From Gammaproteobacteria bacterium (lineage in GTDB: Bacteria > Pseudomonadota > Gammaproteobacteria > UBA4575): DNA of 64,000 nt. This document shows, in pieces, positions 18,050 to 27,078 of this stretch. A model generated the notes under the pieces. It was not told the origin of the DNA. It saw nothing but the letters and a program-made list of their open reading frames with translations, and did no database searches. The number at the start of each line of letters is the position of its first letter. The stretch's first letter is position 1. Where the stretch lies: contig CBDHFH010000003.1 of assembly GCA_965262455.1 (NCBI GenBank), positions 242,737-306,736 of the forward strand, read 5' to 3'. The position numbers and the translations under genes were made by a program.

Positions 18050-20260
18050 ATGATGACCTCAAAGAAGTTTGCTCAAGTGGCTATAGACTCACCCTTGAGA
18101 CAATTATTCGATTACCAAATTCCGAGTGAATTCGAGCACATCGAACCTGGCACACGTGTACTCGTGCCGTTTGGTCAGCGAAAGGTCGTAGGGATCATCA
18201 TCCACCTCACTCACGAGAGCAACATCAATCTTGCACGTATAAAAAATATTCACTCTGTGCTTGATCAGCAAGCCGTTTTTGATCAAGAAAGCTTCTCACT
18301 AATCAAATGGGCCACTCGCTACTATCACTTTCCTTTAGGCGCAGGTTTATTTAGCGCATTACCACCTGCTTTGCGCAAAGCCAATCAAAGCACGCGCATT
18401 GATGGTGAGAACACCTGGATGATTAGCCCTGACGCAATGCTTGCTGAGCTCAGTCGAGCTCCTAAACAAGCAGAAATTTTTGCCTGGTTAACCAAACAGG
18501 CTAATGAAGTGACAGCTACCATGCTGAATACACAATTCCCAAATAGTCACTCAGCCATTCATGCTCTCGAAACACGGGGATTTATTAATAAACAATCGGC
18601 CACTAATGACAGCCCACACATTGAGCAGGTAAACCCTGTAGCAATTAAATTAACCAATGAGCAACAGACTGCGTGTAAGTGTATTACTCAATCAATTGAT
18701 GAATTTAATGTAACACTGCTTGAAGGCGTGACGGGGAGTGGCAAAACTGAAGTCTACTTTAGTGCTATTTCTCATATCTTATCCCGCAATGCGTACGCCC
18801 AAGTGCTTATATTAGTGCCTGAGATTGGCTTAACACCACAATTACATGACCGCTTGATTGATTACTTCGGCATTAACATTGGTTTATTGCATTCAAATAC
18901 ATCTGCAAAACAACGCAAGCTTACTTGGCTAAAAATAGCCAAAGGTGATATTCGAATCATTCTAGGAACACGTCTTGCGGTGTTTACCCCGATACCGCAT
19001 CTCGCATTGATCATTATTGATGAAGAGCATGACGCTTCGTTAAAACAGCAAGAAGGGTTTCTCTATCATGCTCGTGATGTAGCGATTTACCGCGCCAAGC
19101 AAATGAATATTCCCATTGTATTAGGCTCCGCGACACCTTCATTTGAGTCTCTACATAATTCACAACTTAAAAAATACTCCCACGCACAACTGCAAAAGCG
19201 TGCGCTCTCTAGTGACATGCCCGACATTGAGTTAGTGGATATGCGCGCAGAACCGGCAGTAGCACCACTCTCCACACCCTTACTGCGTGCAATGAGTAAA
19301 CACCTAAGCGCTGGCCAACAAGTGATTTTATTTTTAAATCGTCGCGGTTATTCACCTGCTTTACTTTGTCACGACTGTGGTTGGGTAGCACAGTGTGATC
19401 GTTGTGATGCCAATATGACCTATCACAGTCAAAGTAATCAATTGATCTGTCATCATTGTGAACGCACACGCCGTAAACACGCGGTCTGCCCACAATGTCA
19501 TTCGACTAATCTCATCATGTTGGGTCATGGCACACAACGCATCGAAGAAACGCTGCTAAAAGAATTTAAGCAATATTCCGTTGTGCGCCTAGATCGAGAT
19601 GTGACTCGCCGTAAAGGGTTACTCGAAACAATTTTAAAAGAGATACGCCAACATAAACACCATATCATTATAGGCACACAAATCTTATCCAAAGGACATG
19701 ATTTTCCTAATGTATCTTTAGTCGGCATACTCGATATTGATTATGGTATTCATAGCGCCGACTTCCGTGCCTTAGAACGAAATGCACAGCTACTGGTACA
19801 AGTCGCTGGGCGCTCGGGTCGTCGCGAAACTAAGGGACATGTGATTGTCCAGACACATACCCCAGATCATCCTCTACTGTCGACATTAGTTAAATACGGA
19901 TATAGCTCTTTTGCCAAACAGGCATTGGCGCTGCGCTCTGAATGGAAGCTACCGCCATATACATATCACATTGCTATTCGCGCACGTAGCCACAATAGTG
20001 GTGATTTATTAACATTTTTAGACAAAGCCAAATCACTATCTGCCCAATTACTGCCGGATGAAATTACAGTTCAAGGGCCCATTAACGCCTCAATGGAAAA
20101 AAAAGCCGGCCAATATCGCGCATTCATTTTACTCACCATGAACCGACGTGGCATTTACACACAACACATCAATGATTGTTTAACTCAGCTAGATTCACTG
20201 AAAGCAGCAAAAAAAGTCAAGTGGAGTATAGATGTCGACCCGATTGATAATTTTATTTAA
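18050..20260 (+). CDS. priA: Primosomal protein N' (PriA)
   Basis: RVLVPFG, GVTGSGKTEVY, DEEHD, LNRRGY, CxxC Zn motifs, KGHDFP, QVAGRSGR, WSIDVDP. Confidence 0.97.
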   Translation: MMTSKKFAQVAIDSPLRQLFDYQIPSEFEHIEPGTRVLVPFGQRKVVGIIIHLTHESNINLARIKNIHSVLDQQAVFDQESFSLIKWATRYYHFPLGAGLFSALPPALRKANQSTRIDGENTWMISPDAMLAELSRAPKQAEIFAWLTKQANEVTATMLNTQFPNSHSAIHALETRGFINKQSATNDSPHIEQVNPVAIKLTNEQQTACKCITQSIDEFNVTLLEGVTGSGKTEVYFSAISHILSRNAYAQVLILVPEIGLTPQLHDRLIDYFGINIGLLHSNTSAKQRKLTWLKIAKGDIRIILGTRLAVFTPIPHLALIIIDEEHDASLKQQEGFLYHARDVAIYRAKQMNIPIVLGSATPSFESLHNSQLKKYSHAQLQKRALSSDMPDIELVDMRAEPAVAPLSTPLLRAMSKHLSAGQQVILFLNRRGYSPALLCHDCGWVAQCDRCDANMTYHSQSNQLICHHCERTRRKHAVCPQCHSTNLIMLGHGTQRIEETLLKEFKQYSVVRLDRDVTRRKGLLETILKEIRQHKHHIIIGTQILSKGHDFPNVSLVGILDIDYGIHSADFRALERNAQLLVQVAGRSGRRETKGHVIVQTHTPDHPLLSTLVKYGYSSFAKQALALRSEWKLPPYTYHIAIRARSHNSGDLLTFLDKAKSLSAQLLPDEITVQGPINASMEKKAGQYRAFILLTMNRRGIYTQHINDCLTQLDSLKAAKKVKWSIDVDPIDNFI

Positions 20261-20329
20261 GTGTTTAGTGTATAGCAGTTAATTTAGTGCCAGACATCCC
20301 ATCAACCTGATGTACAATGCCGCATTTTA

Positions 20330-22099
20330 TTGTTGCCGAGAAAAACATTGAAGGAACTCATCATCCAAGCGCTTTCTGACGCGATCACACAGTTACACAA
20401 CGATGGAATTATAGCGACAGAATTTAATGGCAGTATCCAGGTGACTCGCAGTAAAGATGCCAGCCATGGTGATTACGCATCGAATATTGCTTTAGTATTT
20501 GCAAAGCAAATTGGGCTCAATGCAAAAGAATTTGCACAACTGTTAGCGGAAAAACTCCAAGCAAATGCACTCTTTGATAATATTGAAGTTGCAGGCCCTG
20601 GATTTATCAACTTTTTTATTGCGCAAACCAATCATACTCATATCATTAGCAAGATACTCACTGATAAAGATGCGTTTGGCAAAAACAATCGCGGCGACAA
20701 TCAATCAATCCATATCGAATATGTTTCAGCTAATCCTACCGGCCCTCTGCATGTCGGCCACGGGCGCGGCGCGGCCTATGGTGCCACACTTGCCAACATA
20801 TATATTGCTAACGGATACAATGTCCATCGTGAATATTACGTCAATGACGCAGGTCGTCAGATGGATATTTTAGCTACGTCCGTGTGGTTGAGATATTTAG
20901 ATTTATGTGGTGCTGAGTTGTCTTTCCCAAGCAATGGATACAAAGGAGATTATATTTGGGATATCGCAGCAACAGCACATCGTACTTACAATGACAATTA
21001 CTTTTCTGATCTTTCCTCGTTAATCACTACGCTGCCTAAAGACGAACCTGAAGGAGGAGATAAAGAACAACATATTGATGCGCTTATCACGCTTGCCAAA
21101 CAGACATTAGGAGAGCAAGGCTATGCGATATTTTTTGAATTAAGCATAGACACCATACTGAATGATATTAAAGATGATTTACATTTATTTGGTGTCGATT
21201 ATGAAAACTGGTATTCAGAAAAAAGTTTATTTACTGAAAATAAAATTGAGCCAGTGGTCGAGCAGTTAAAAAATAACAATCACATCTACGAAAAGAATGG
21301 CGCACTATGGTTTGCCTCTTCAAAACTTGGTGATGAAAAAGACCGGGTGGTCATCAGGGACAATGGTCAGCCGACTTATTTTGCTTCTGATATTGCATAT
21401 CACGCAGATAAGTTTTCACAAGGATACGATAAAATAATTAATATTTGGGGCGCGGATCATCATGGCTACATCGCAAGAGTGCGCGCTGCATTGAAAGCCT
21501 TAGCGTTTGATGACACTAAACTTGATGTACTATTGGTACAGTTCGCAAATTTATACCGTGGCAAAGTCAAACAACAGATGTCTACACGATCTGGTGAATT
21601 TGTAACATTACGCGCACTAAGAAAAGAGGTCAGCTCTGATGCGGCGAGATTTTTTTATGTGATGCGCAAGAGCGAGCAGCATCTAGACTTTGACCTGGAG
21701 CTGGCAACTTCAACTAGCAACGAAAACCCTATGTATTATGTCCAATACGCACATGCAAGAATTTGCAGTGTAATCAGACAAGCTAATCATATGCTCGATA
21801 TCAATAACTCAAACGAACTTGGTGATTTGTTGCAATCAGAAAATGAAATTGGCTTAATGAAAAAATTAGCGGATTACCCAGAACAAATTATCTCAGCATG
21901 TAACAAGCAAGCACCTCATTTATTAGTCAACTATTTACGCGAACTCGCGCAGAAGTTTCATGGCTACTATAATGACACACAAATCCTTGTTGATACCGCC
22001 TCGTTACGCAATGCACGTCTATTGTTAATTGAAGCAACACGCCAAGTACTTGCAAATGGATTGTTCATAATAGGCGTGAATGCACCTGAAAAAATGTAG
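20330..22099 (+). CDS. argS: Arginine-tRNA ligase (start may be TTG 20348)
   Basis: AGPGFINF, SANPTGPLHVGHGRGA, WGADHHGY, MSTRSG, YYVQYAHAR, APEKM. Confidence 0.97.
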   Translation: MLPRKTLKELIIQALSDAITQLHNDGIIATEFNGSIQVTRSKDASHGDYASNIALVFAKQIGLNAKEFAQLLAEKLQANALFDNIEVAGPGFINFFIAQTNHTHIISKILTDKDAFGKNNRGDNQSIHIEYVSANPTGPLHVGHGRGAAYGATLANIYIANGYNVHREYYVNDAGRQMDILATSVWLRYLDLCGAELSFPSNGYKGDYIWDIAATAHRTYNDNYFSDLSSLITTLPKDEPEGGDKEQHIDALITLAKQTLGEQGYAIFFELSIDTILNDIKDDLHLFGVDYENWYSEKSLFTENKIEPVVEQLKNNNHIYEKNGALWFASSKLGDEKDRVVIRDNGQPTYFASDIAYHADKFSQGYDKIINIWGADHHGYIARVRAALKALAFDDTKLDVLLVQFANLYRGKVKQQMSTRSGEFVTLRALRKEVSSDAARFFYVMRKSEQHLDFDLELATSTSNENPMYYVQYAHARICSVIRQANHMLDINNSNELGDLLQSENEIGLMKKLADYPEQIISACNKQAPHLLVNYLRELAQKFHGYYNDTQILVDTASLRNARLLLIEATRQVLANGLFIIGVNAPEKM

Positions 22100-22108
22100 A
22101 ATACTCAA

Positions 22109-22633
22109 ATGGCTACTCGCACATCGCGCAAAAAAAGAACCACTTCTAAAAGCACACCATTACCCGGTTGGGTGTGGTTAGTCACTGGTCTTGTGATTGG
22201 TTTAAGTGCAACGTTTTTACCCAGCATAAATGAAAAATCAAACCAGCAACAAGTGATGACTAGTGAATCTGAAAAGCCATCAATTCCACCTGCCAGTAAA
22301 CGTACTTTTGACTTTTATACATTGTTGCCTGAATTAGAGGTCGTGGTTGATAAAGATAATACTCTAAATGAGGGCCATTCAACGCAGCAATTACCTGCAG
22401 GCGAATATGTATTGCAAGTGGGTTCTTTTAAAAGCAGCGATGAAGCCGACAGCCTAAAAGCTCAACTCGCATTAATGGGAGTAGAAACAAATATAGAGGT
22501 CGTTAAAGTGAATACCATTAGCTGGCACCGAGTGCGAATAGGACCAAGCAAGGATATTGATCAATTACAAACAACTCAGCGACGACTGCGAACCAAAAAT
22601 ATGGACTCCATTCTATTGAAAGTTCGCAGTTGA
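22109..22633 (+). CDS. ftsN: SPOR-domain cell division protein (FtsN-like)
   Basis: Basic N-terminal tail, TM helix, FDFYTLLP, LQVGSF..A..LKAQL, WHRVRIGP; follows argS. Confidence 0.8.
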   Translation: MATRTSRKKRTTSKSTPLPGWVWLVTGLVIGLSATFLPSINEKSNQQQVMTSESEKPSIPPASKRTFDFYTLLPELEVVVDKDNTLNEGHSTQQLPAGEYVLQVGSFKSSDEADSLKAQLALMGVETNIEVVKVNTISWHRVRIGPSKDIDQLQTTQRRLRTKNMDSILLKVRS

Positions 22634-22649
22634 TTTTTAGCAGTTGGAA

Positions 22650-23297
22650 TTACTGGTCACATTTACACTCGCATTCACTCTCTTTTGCCTGCACAGCTGT
22701 ACCTGAATTGACATTTTCCAAACGCTGAATTCGCTCCTCTAATTCCTGCATGCGCTGCTGTTGAACAGCTGCCTCAGCAACAGTTATATCTCTCGCTGTC
22801 GCCACTTGTTTTACATCTAGGCCTTCGATTCCAGCTTTAATGATTTTACGCGCTTCTTTGGTTTTAGACACGTTGGGGGTTAATGCATTGCGGCTATCCA
22901 TTATTTCATAACTATTGTAATTCCCTGAGGACTTTGTTTCAGTCACCAACCTCACCATGGGTGAATTACCGGATACTTGCGTTGATGCCAGTTGCGAGTA
23001 ATCTTCACTATGTAACACTTCAAATGTACTTTGCCTGCGGCTCCAAGAAATAACAGAAAAGCCATTTTCAGTGAAAACGATATGCCCTTTCTCTCTTTTA
23101 TTTCCACCACCTGAAAATAATCCATGCCCTTTTTTATTAGGATAAAAATAAACATTACTGGAAAGCACCACTGACTCGTTGTCATCAATCACGCCACTGG
23201 CTCGCACCTTTTCAAAAAATTCCTCATCATGTTCCGCCTGCGCATAGGCAAACAAACAAATACATAGCGTAAAAATAACAATGACAAAATGTTTCAT
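22650..23297 (-). CDS. Hypothetical exported protein
   Basis: Signal peptide, beta-rich middle region, short coiled coil, C-terminal ECECKCDQ; RBS-like AAGAGAAGGG. Confidence 0.7.
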   Translation of the reverse strand: MKHFVIVIFTLCICLFAYAQAEHDEEFFEKVRASGVIDDNESVVLSSNVYFYPNKKGHGLFSGGGNKREKGHIVFTENGFSVISWSRRQSTFEVLHSEDYSQLASTQVSGNSPMVRLVTETKSSGNYNSYEIMDSRNALTPNVSKTKEARKIIKAGIEGLDVKQVATARDITVAEAAVQQQRMQELEERIQRLENVNSGTAVQAKESECECKCDQ

Positions 23298-23472
23298 GAC
23301 CCTTCTCTTTAATTGTTGTTAGTTTAGTTTTTTATAGGTGAATATTATAAAACAAAGGCAGCGTGATAGGCATGAGTATCATGAACACACAAAACAACAG
23401 GTCTTGTGCATAGCTATTATTTTGTTAGGCATACAGCAACTATCTCATATGGGAGATTTAATTCACACAATT

Positions 23473-23489
23473 TGCACCAATATAGTGCG
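23473..23489. promoter_or_regulatory. NtrC-like binding site between the hypothetical gene and nadA
   Basis: TGCACCAATATAGTGCG versus consensus TGCACCANNNTGGTGCA. Confidence 0.5.
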
Positions 23490-23572
23490 TATGAACGTAT
23501 TATCTCTCTGCTCATAAGCATTGATGTATTATATTCATCAATAGAATCAACGCCTTGTTAACCTCAAACACT

Positions 23573-24604
23573 ATGCCTCTAGAAAATTATCCTGTTACAT
23601 CTGAGATTCAAGCCCAGATACCGCGATTTAATGATTTGCAGCGCGCGGAACTCATCACGCGTATCAAAGAACTGTTGATAGAACAAAATGCAGTATTGGT
23701 TGCTCACTACTATACGCATGAAGATTTGCAGGAAATTGCTGAAGATACCGGTGGCACGGTGGCAGATTCGCTAGAAATGGCACGCTTCGGCAATGAACAC
23801 CCAGCCTCAACGTTGATTGTTGCTGGCGTAAAATTTATGGGCGAAACAGCAAAAATACTCACCCCAGAAAAACGCGTATTAATGCCGACACTAGAAGCGA
23901 CTTGCTCACTGGATTTAAGTTGCCCTGCAGATGAATTCAATGAACTCTGCAACCAACATCCAGATAGAACCTCCGTTGTCTATGCCAATACAAGTGCTGC
24001 GGTGAAAGCACGTGCTGACTGGGTTGTCACTTCAAGTATTGCGGTGCCTTTAATTTCACATCTAATGGATCAAGGTGAAAAGATTTTATGGGCACCAGAT
24101 AAGCACTTGGGAAGGTATTTAGAACGCGTCACAGGTGCCGATATGCTGCTTTGGGAAGGAGCATGTATCGTCCATGAAGAATTCAAGGCACGCGCACTGG
24201 GTGATTTGATTGATCAATACCCAGATGCGGGCGTATTGGTGCACCCAGAATCGCCACAGGACGTCATCGAAATGGCCGATGTCGTCGGCTCAACCAGCGC
24301 TCTGATCAATGCAGCTCAGACACTTGAGCACAAATCGTTTATTGTAGCTACAGACAACCGCATCTTTTACAAAATGAAGCAAATGGCCCCCGATAAAACC
24401 TTTATTGAGGCGCCCACTGCTGGCGAAGGGGCTACTTGTAAGAGCTGTGCGCATTGCCCATGGATGGCTATGAATGGATTACATAATCTATTACATGTAT
24501 TAGAAACTGGTAAAAATGAAATATTTGTTGACGAAGATATTCGCAAAGCCGCATTTCAATCGACAATGCGTATGCTGGAGTTTGCCAAAAACTACAAAAC
24601 TTAG
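23573..24604 (+). CDS. nadA: Quinolinate synthase
   Basis: [42 protein letters not shown]. Confidence 0.97.
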   Translation: MPLENYPVTSEIQAQIPRFNDLQRAELITRIKELLIEQNAVLVAHYYTHEDLQEIAEDTGGTVADSLEMARFGNEHPASTLIVAGVKFMGETAKILTPEKRVLMPTLEATCSLDLSCPADEFNELCNQHPDRTSVVYANTSAAVKARADWVVTSSIAVPLISHLMDQGEKILWAPDKHLGRYLERVTGADMLLWEGACIVHEEFKARALGDLIDQYPDAGVLVHPESPQDVIEMADVVGSTSALINAAQTLEHKSFIVATDNRIFYKMKQMAPDKTFIEAPTAGEGATCKSCAHCPWMAMNGLHNLLHVLETGKNEIFVDEDIRKAAFQSTMRMLEFAKNYKT

Positions 24605-24610
24605 TGCTTC

Positions 24611-25864
24611 TTGGAAACGTCGCTTGCTAGCAAGCAATCATTTCATCAGACAGTGGAACCTGTCATGACAGCCGCTAACGCATCCACTATCGTGAGCGAA
24701 AAACAGCCCCTCACTCTGCAACAGTTTATCGGTTTAATTAAAAAACTGTCGCCAGCAAAAATCGCACAATTACCTCTCGATATTATTCCAACGAATATTC
24801 CTGCGGACGTTGCTGAACAGGCACCTCCCGCTTCACGTGCAGCGATTGAAGATCTATTAATGACTATTAACTCTGCACATTTGAAAAAACGTATTGCTGA
24901 TGTTGAAAACTATGGCGAAGACATTGTCAGCGCAATGGATAAAGCCAAAACAAGCTGCACATCAAACACACTGCGGGTATTTAAAAACAAAATACTTACA
25001 TTGATAGAGTTGTTGCAGGTGGCAAAAAAAGAAGAAAAAAATATCCCTGAACAAAACTTAGTTAACCAGCTCTCTGCAATCAACAATTTATTAATTGATG
25101 TGCGCAGTGAAAGTTTCTCAATGTCAACCACGTTAGATGTACTTTGTTCTGTTACACCTAACTCGGAACAAGACAAACAAAGATTTGATTCACTGATTGA
25201 ACGAGTAAAAACTGCAGTCACTGTGACCGAAAATACACTCGGCGAATATTACATCCTGCGTTTAAAATTGTTATCCAAGGTTATTTCAGAAAAAAAGAAA
25301 GATATTGAAGCAAACGAAACATTAACTGCGGAAAATAAAAAAGAACTAGCAGTACTGCGAGAAGAGTTAGAAAAAACCAAAGGGTTATGGAATCGAACCA
25401 TTAAACGTAAATCTACTTTACAAGAAGAAGAAATTGTACAAAACAGAATTCAAGAGTTAATTAACGAAATAAATCAGAAAGAAATCGTTATTTCAGAGAA
25501 TGATCTAATCTTGTGGTTAGACACCATTGTTGATGCTAGCTTAAATGAGCGCTCACAAGCTCGCGTGTCTAAATCACTGCGCACAGCGCGTATTTCTCTG
25601 TATTATTTGCTTAACCGTTTCTGCAAAGGGCAAGAAGAGTCTGCCATACAAATCGCGCAAAATCCTTTCATTCAGGTCGATCCTGAGCAAGCAATACGCT
25701 ATATGCTTATGTCAGAACAGTTTATATTAGATTATTTCAGCAAGAAGAAAAATGAAAAAACTGCCTGGTTGAGTGGTGCTGCAGAAAATAAAATCGCCGA
25801 ACTGGACAATTTACAAAAAGAAATACTGGCTGAGTTAAAACGCGCAACTCGCGGTATATTATAA
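24611..25864 (+). CDS. Hypothetical helical/coiled-coil protein (start may be ATG 24665)
   Basis: 417 aa open frame directly after nadA; K/E-rich heptad region; no motif recognised. Confidence 0.75.
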   Translation: METSLASKQSFHQTVEPVMTAANASTIVSEKQPLTLQQFIGLIKKLSPAKIAQLPLDIIPTNIPADVAEQAPPASRAAIEDLLMTINSAHLKKRIADVENYGEDIVSAMDKAKTSCTSNTLRVFKNKILTLIELLQVAKKEEKNIPEQNLVNQLSAINNLLIDVRSESFSMSTTLDVLCSVTPNSEQDKQRFDSLIERVKTAVTVTENTLGEYYILRLKLLSKVISEKKKDIEANETLTAENKKELAVLREELEKTKGLWNRTIKRKSTLQEEEIVQNRIQELINEINQKEIVISENDLILWLDTIVDASLNERSQARVSKSLRTARISLYYLLNRFCKGQEESAIQIAQNPFIQVDPEQAIRYMLMSEQFILDYFSKKKNEKTAWLSGAAENKIAELDNLQKEILAELKRATRGIL

Positions 25865-25878
25865 GATAGTCACTCACA

Positions 25879-26124
25879 CTAAACTTCAATGTGTTGCTCA
25901 CGCGGAAGTTGCAAATAAAATTCATCTTCCAGCAAACGTTTTTTTACTTCGTCTAGGTTGGCGTTTTCCAGGCGTTGAATATTATCCAAATCAAGCTGCA
26001 TAACAAAATCTAAGCGCCCTAATAATTTATCCAGGCCCTCGGGCAACATGTTTAATTTCTCTTTATTTGGCAAATACAAATAAGTATCTAGCTTCTTATT
26101 GCTACGGTAGATGTAACACAGCAT
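25879..26124 (-). CDS. ycgL: YcgL domain protein
   Basis: C.IYRS.KK..TYLYL, LPEGL..LLG, FVMQL, FYLQLP. Confidence 0.9.
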   Translation of the reverse strand: MLCYIYRSNKKLDTYLYLPNKEKLNMLPEGLDKLLGRLDFVMQLDLDNIQRLENANLDEVKKRLLEDEFYLQLPREQHIEV

Positions 26125-26126
26125 GT

Positions 26127-27074
26127 TTACTGTCCCAAGGGGTTCTCTACTGACTTTGAGTCATCCACCATAGTGTCAATTTTTTCTAACACTTCCTCTG
26201 TGGCTGGCTCTGCAGGCAATACTTCTTGCTCTCTAATTTCTGGGCGTATTTCCTCAAGCTGTACTTCGGCTTCTTTAATCGTTGTTGATGGTTGGCCAGC
26301 TTGTTGCACTGATTGTGGCGAAGTATCTACGTTTGTTTCCAGATTTTGTGCGGCTTCCTCTACTTGCTCTTCAATGTCGGGTTTAGGCAGATCTTCCCCT
26401 GCCTCCAATCTCACGAACATTTCTGCAATGTCATTATTATTGTAACTCAGCCCCAGAACACCACCATTTACTAGCGATTCAACTAACACTGAATCATCTC
26501 GTATATTGGTCAAGCGTCCTTCTATAATTTCGCCATCGGTTAGTTTTAAACGAATCCTTTTATTCATGGCATAGGCACGCTCACTATCGTTTAGGCGTTG
26601 ATAACGTGCTGCTGTGGCCCTCGGGTTGGTGAGATTGACTGCCTCTGGCGCCAGTTCTTTTGTCTCCAAGTCCTCATACTCACTGCCAGTGAGTAACGGG
26701 TCATAATTCTCTTCCACCGCTTGCGCGGCTGCATCCGCTTGCTCTTGATTCGGTAACGGCTGCTCCTCTCTCGGCGGCGCGATATTTTCTTCCAGCACTT
26801 GAACAACTTCGTTGTCAGCCAAGAACGGTAAATGTGTCAGTGCTCCCCCGGCAATACTGACAGTGAGGGTCAATATTCCCAAAATGAGCACATACACTGC
26901 TTTACGCACACTGAGTGCAGACCAGCTCATAACAGCATGGATGACCAGCGGTACCAAAAATAATAAGCCTGCCAGCCCCCATAACTTGCGTTGCTTAAAC
27001 GAGTCCCAAAACAGCATCAGAATGGCTGAAAATACAAGCACGACGCCCAACCAAAATAAGCCTATTGCCAACAT
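26127..27074 (-). CDS. Hypothetical membrane protein (3 N-terminal TMs, acidic tail, possible Sm-like module)
   Basis: Three hydrophobic segments; NKRIRLKLTDGEIIEGRLTNIRDDSVLVE; lies between speA and ycgL with 2-4 nt gaps. Confidence 0.7.
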   Translation of the reverse strand: MLAIGLFWLGVVLVFSAILMLFWDSFKQRKLWGLAGLLFLVPLVIHAVMSWSALSVRKAVYVLILGILTLTVSIAGGALTHLPFLADNEVVQVLEENIAPPREEQPLPNQEQADAAAQAVEENYDPLLTGSEYEDLETKELAPEAVNLTNPRATAARYQRLNDSERAYAMNKRIRLKLTDGEIIEGRLTNIRDDSVLVESLVNGGVLGLSYNNNDIAEMFVRLEAGEDLPKPDIEEQVEEAAQNLETNVDTSPQSVQQAGQPSTTIKEAEVQLEEIRPEIREQEVLPAEPATEEVLEKIDTMVDDSKSVENPLGQ

Positions 27075-27078
27075 GCTA

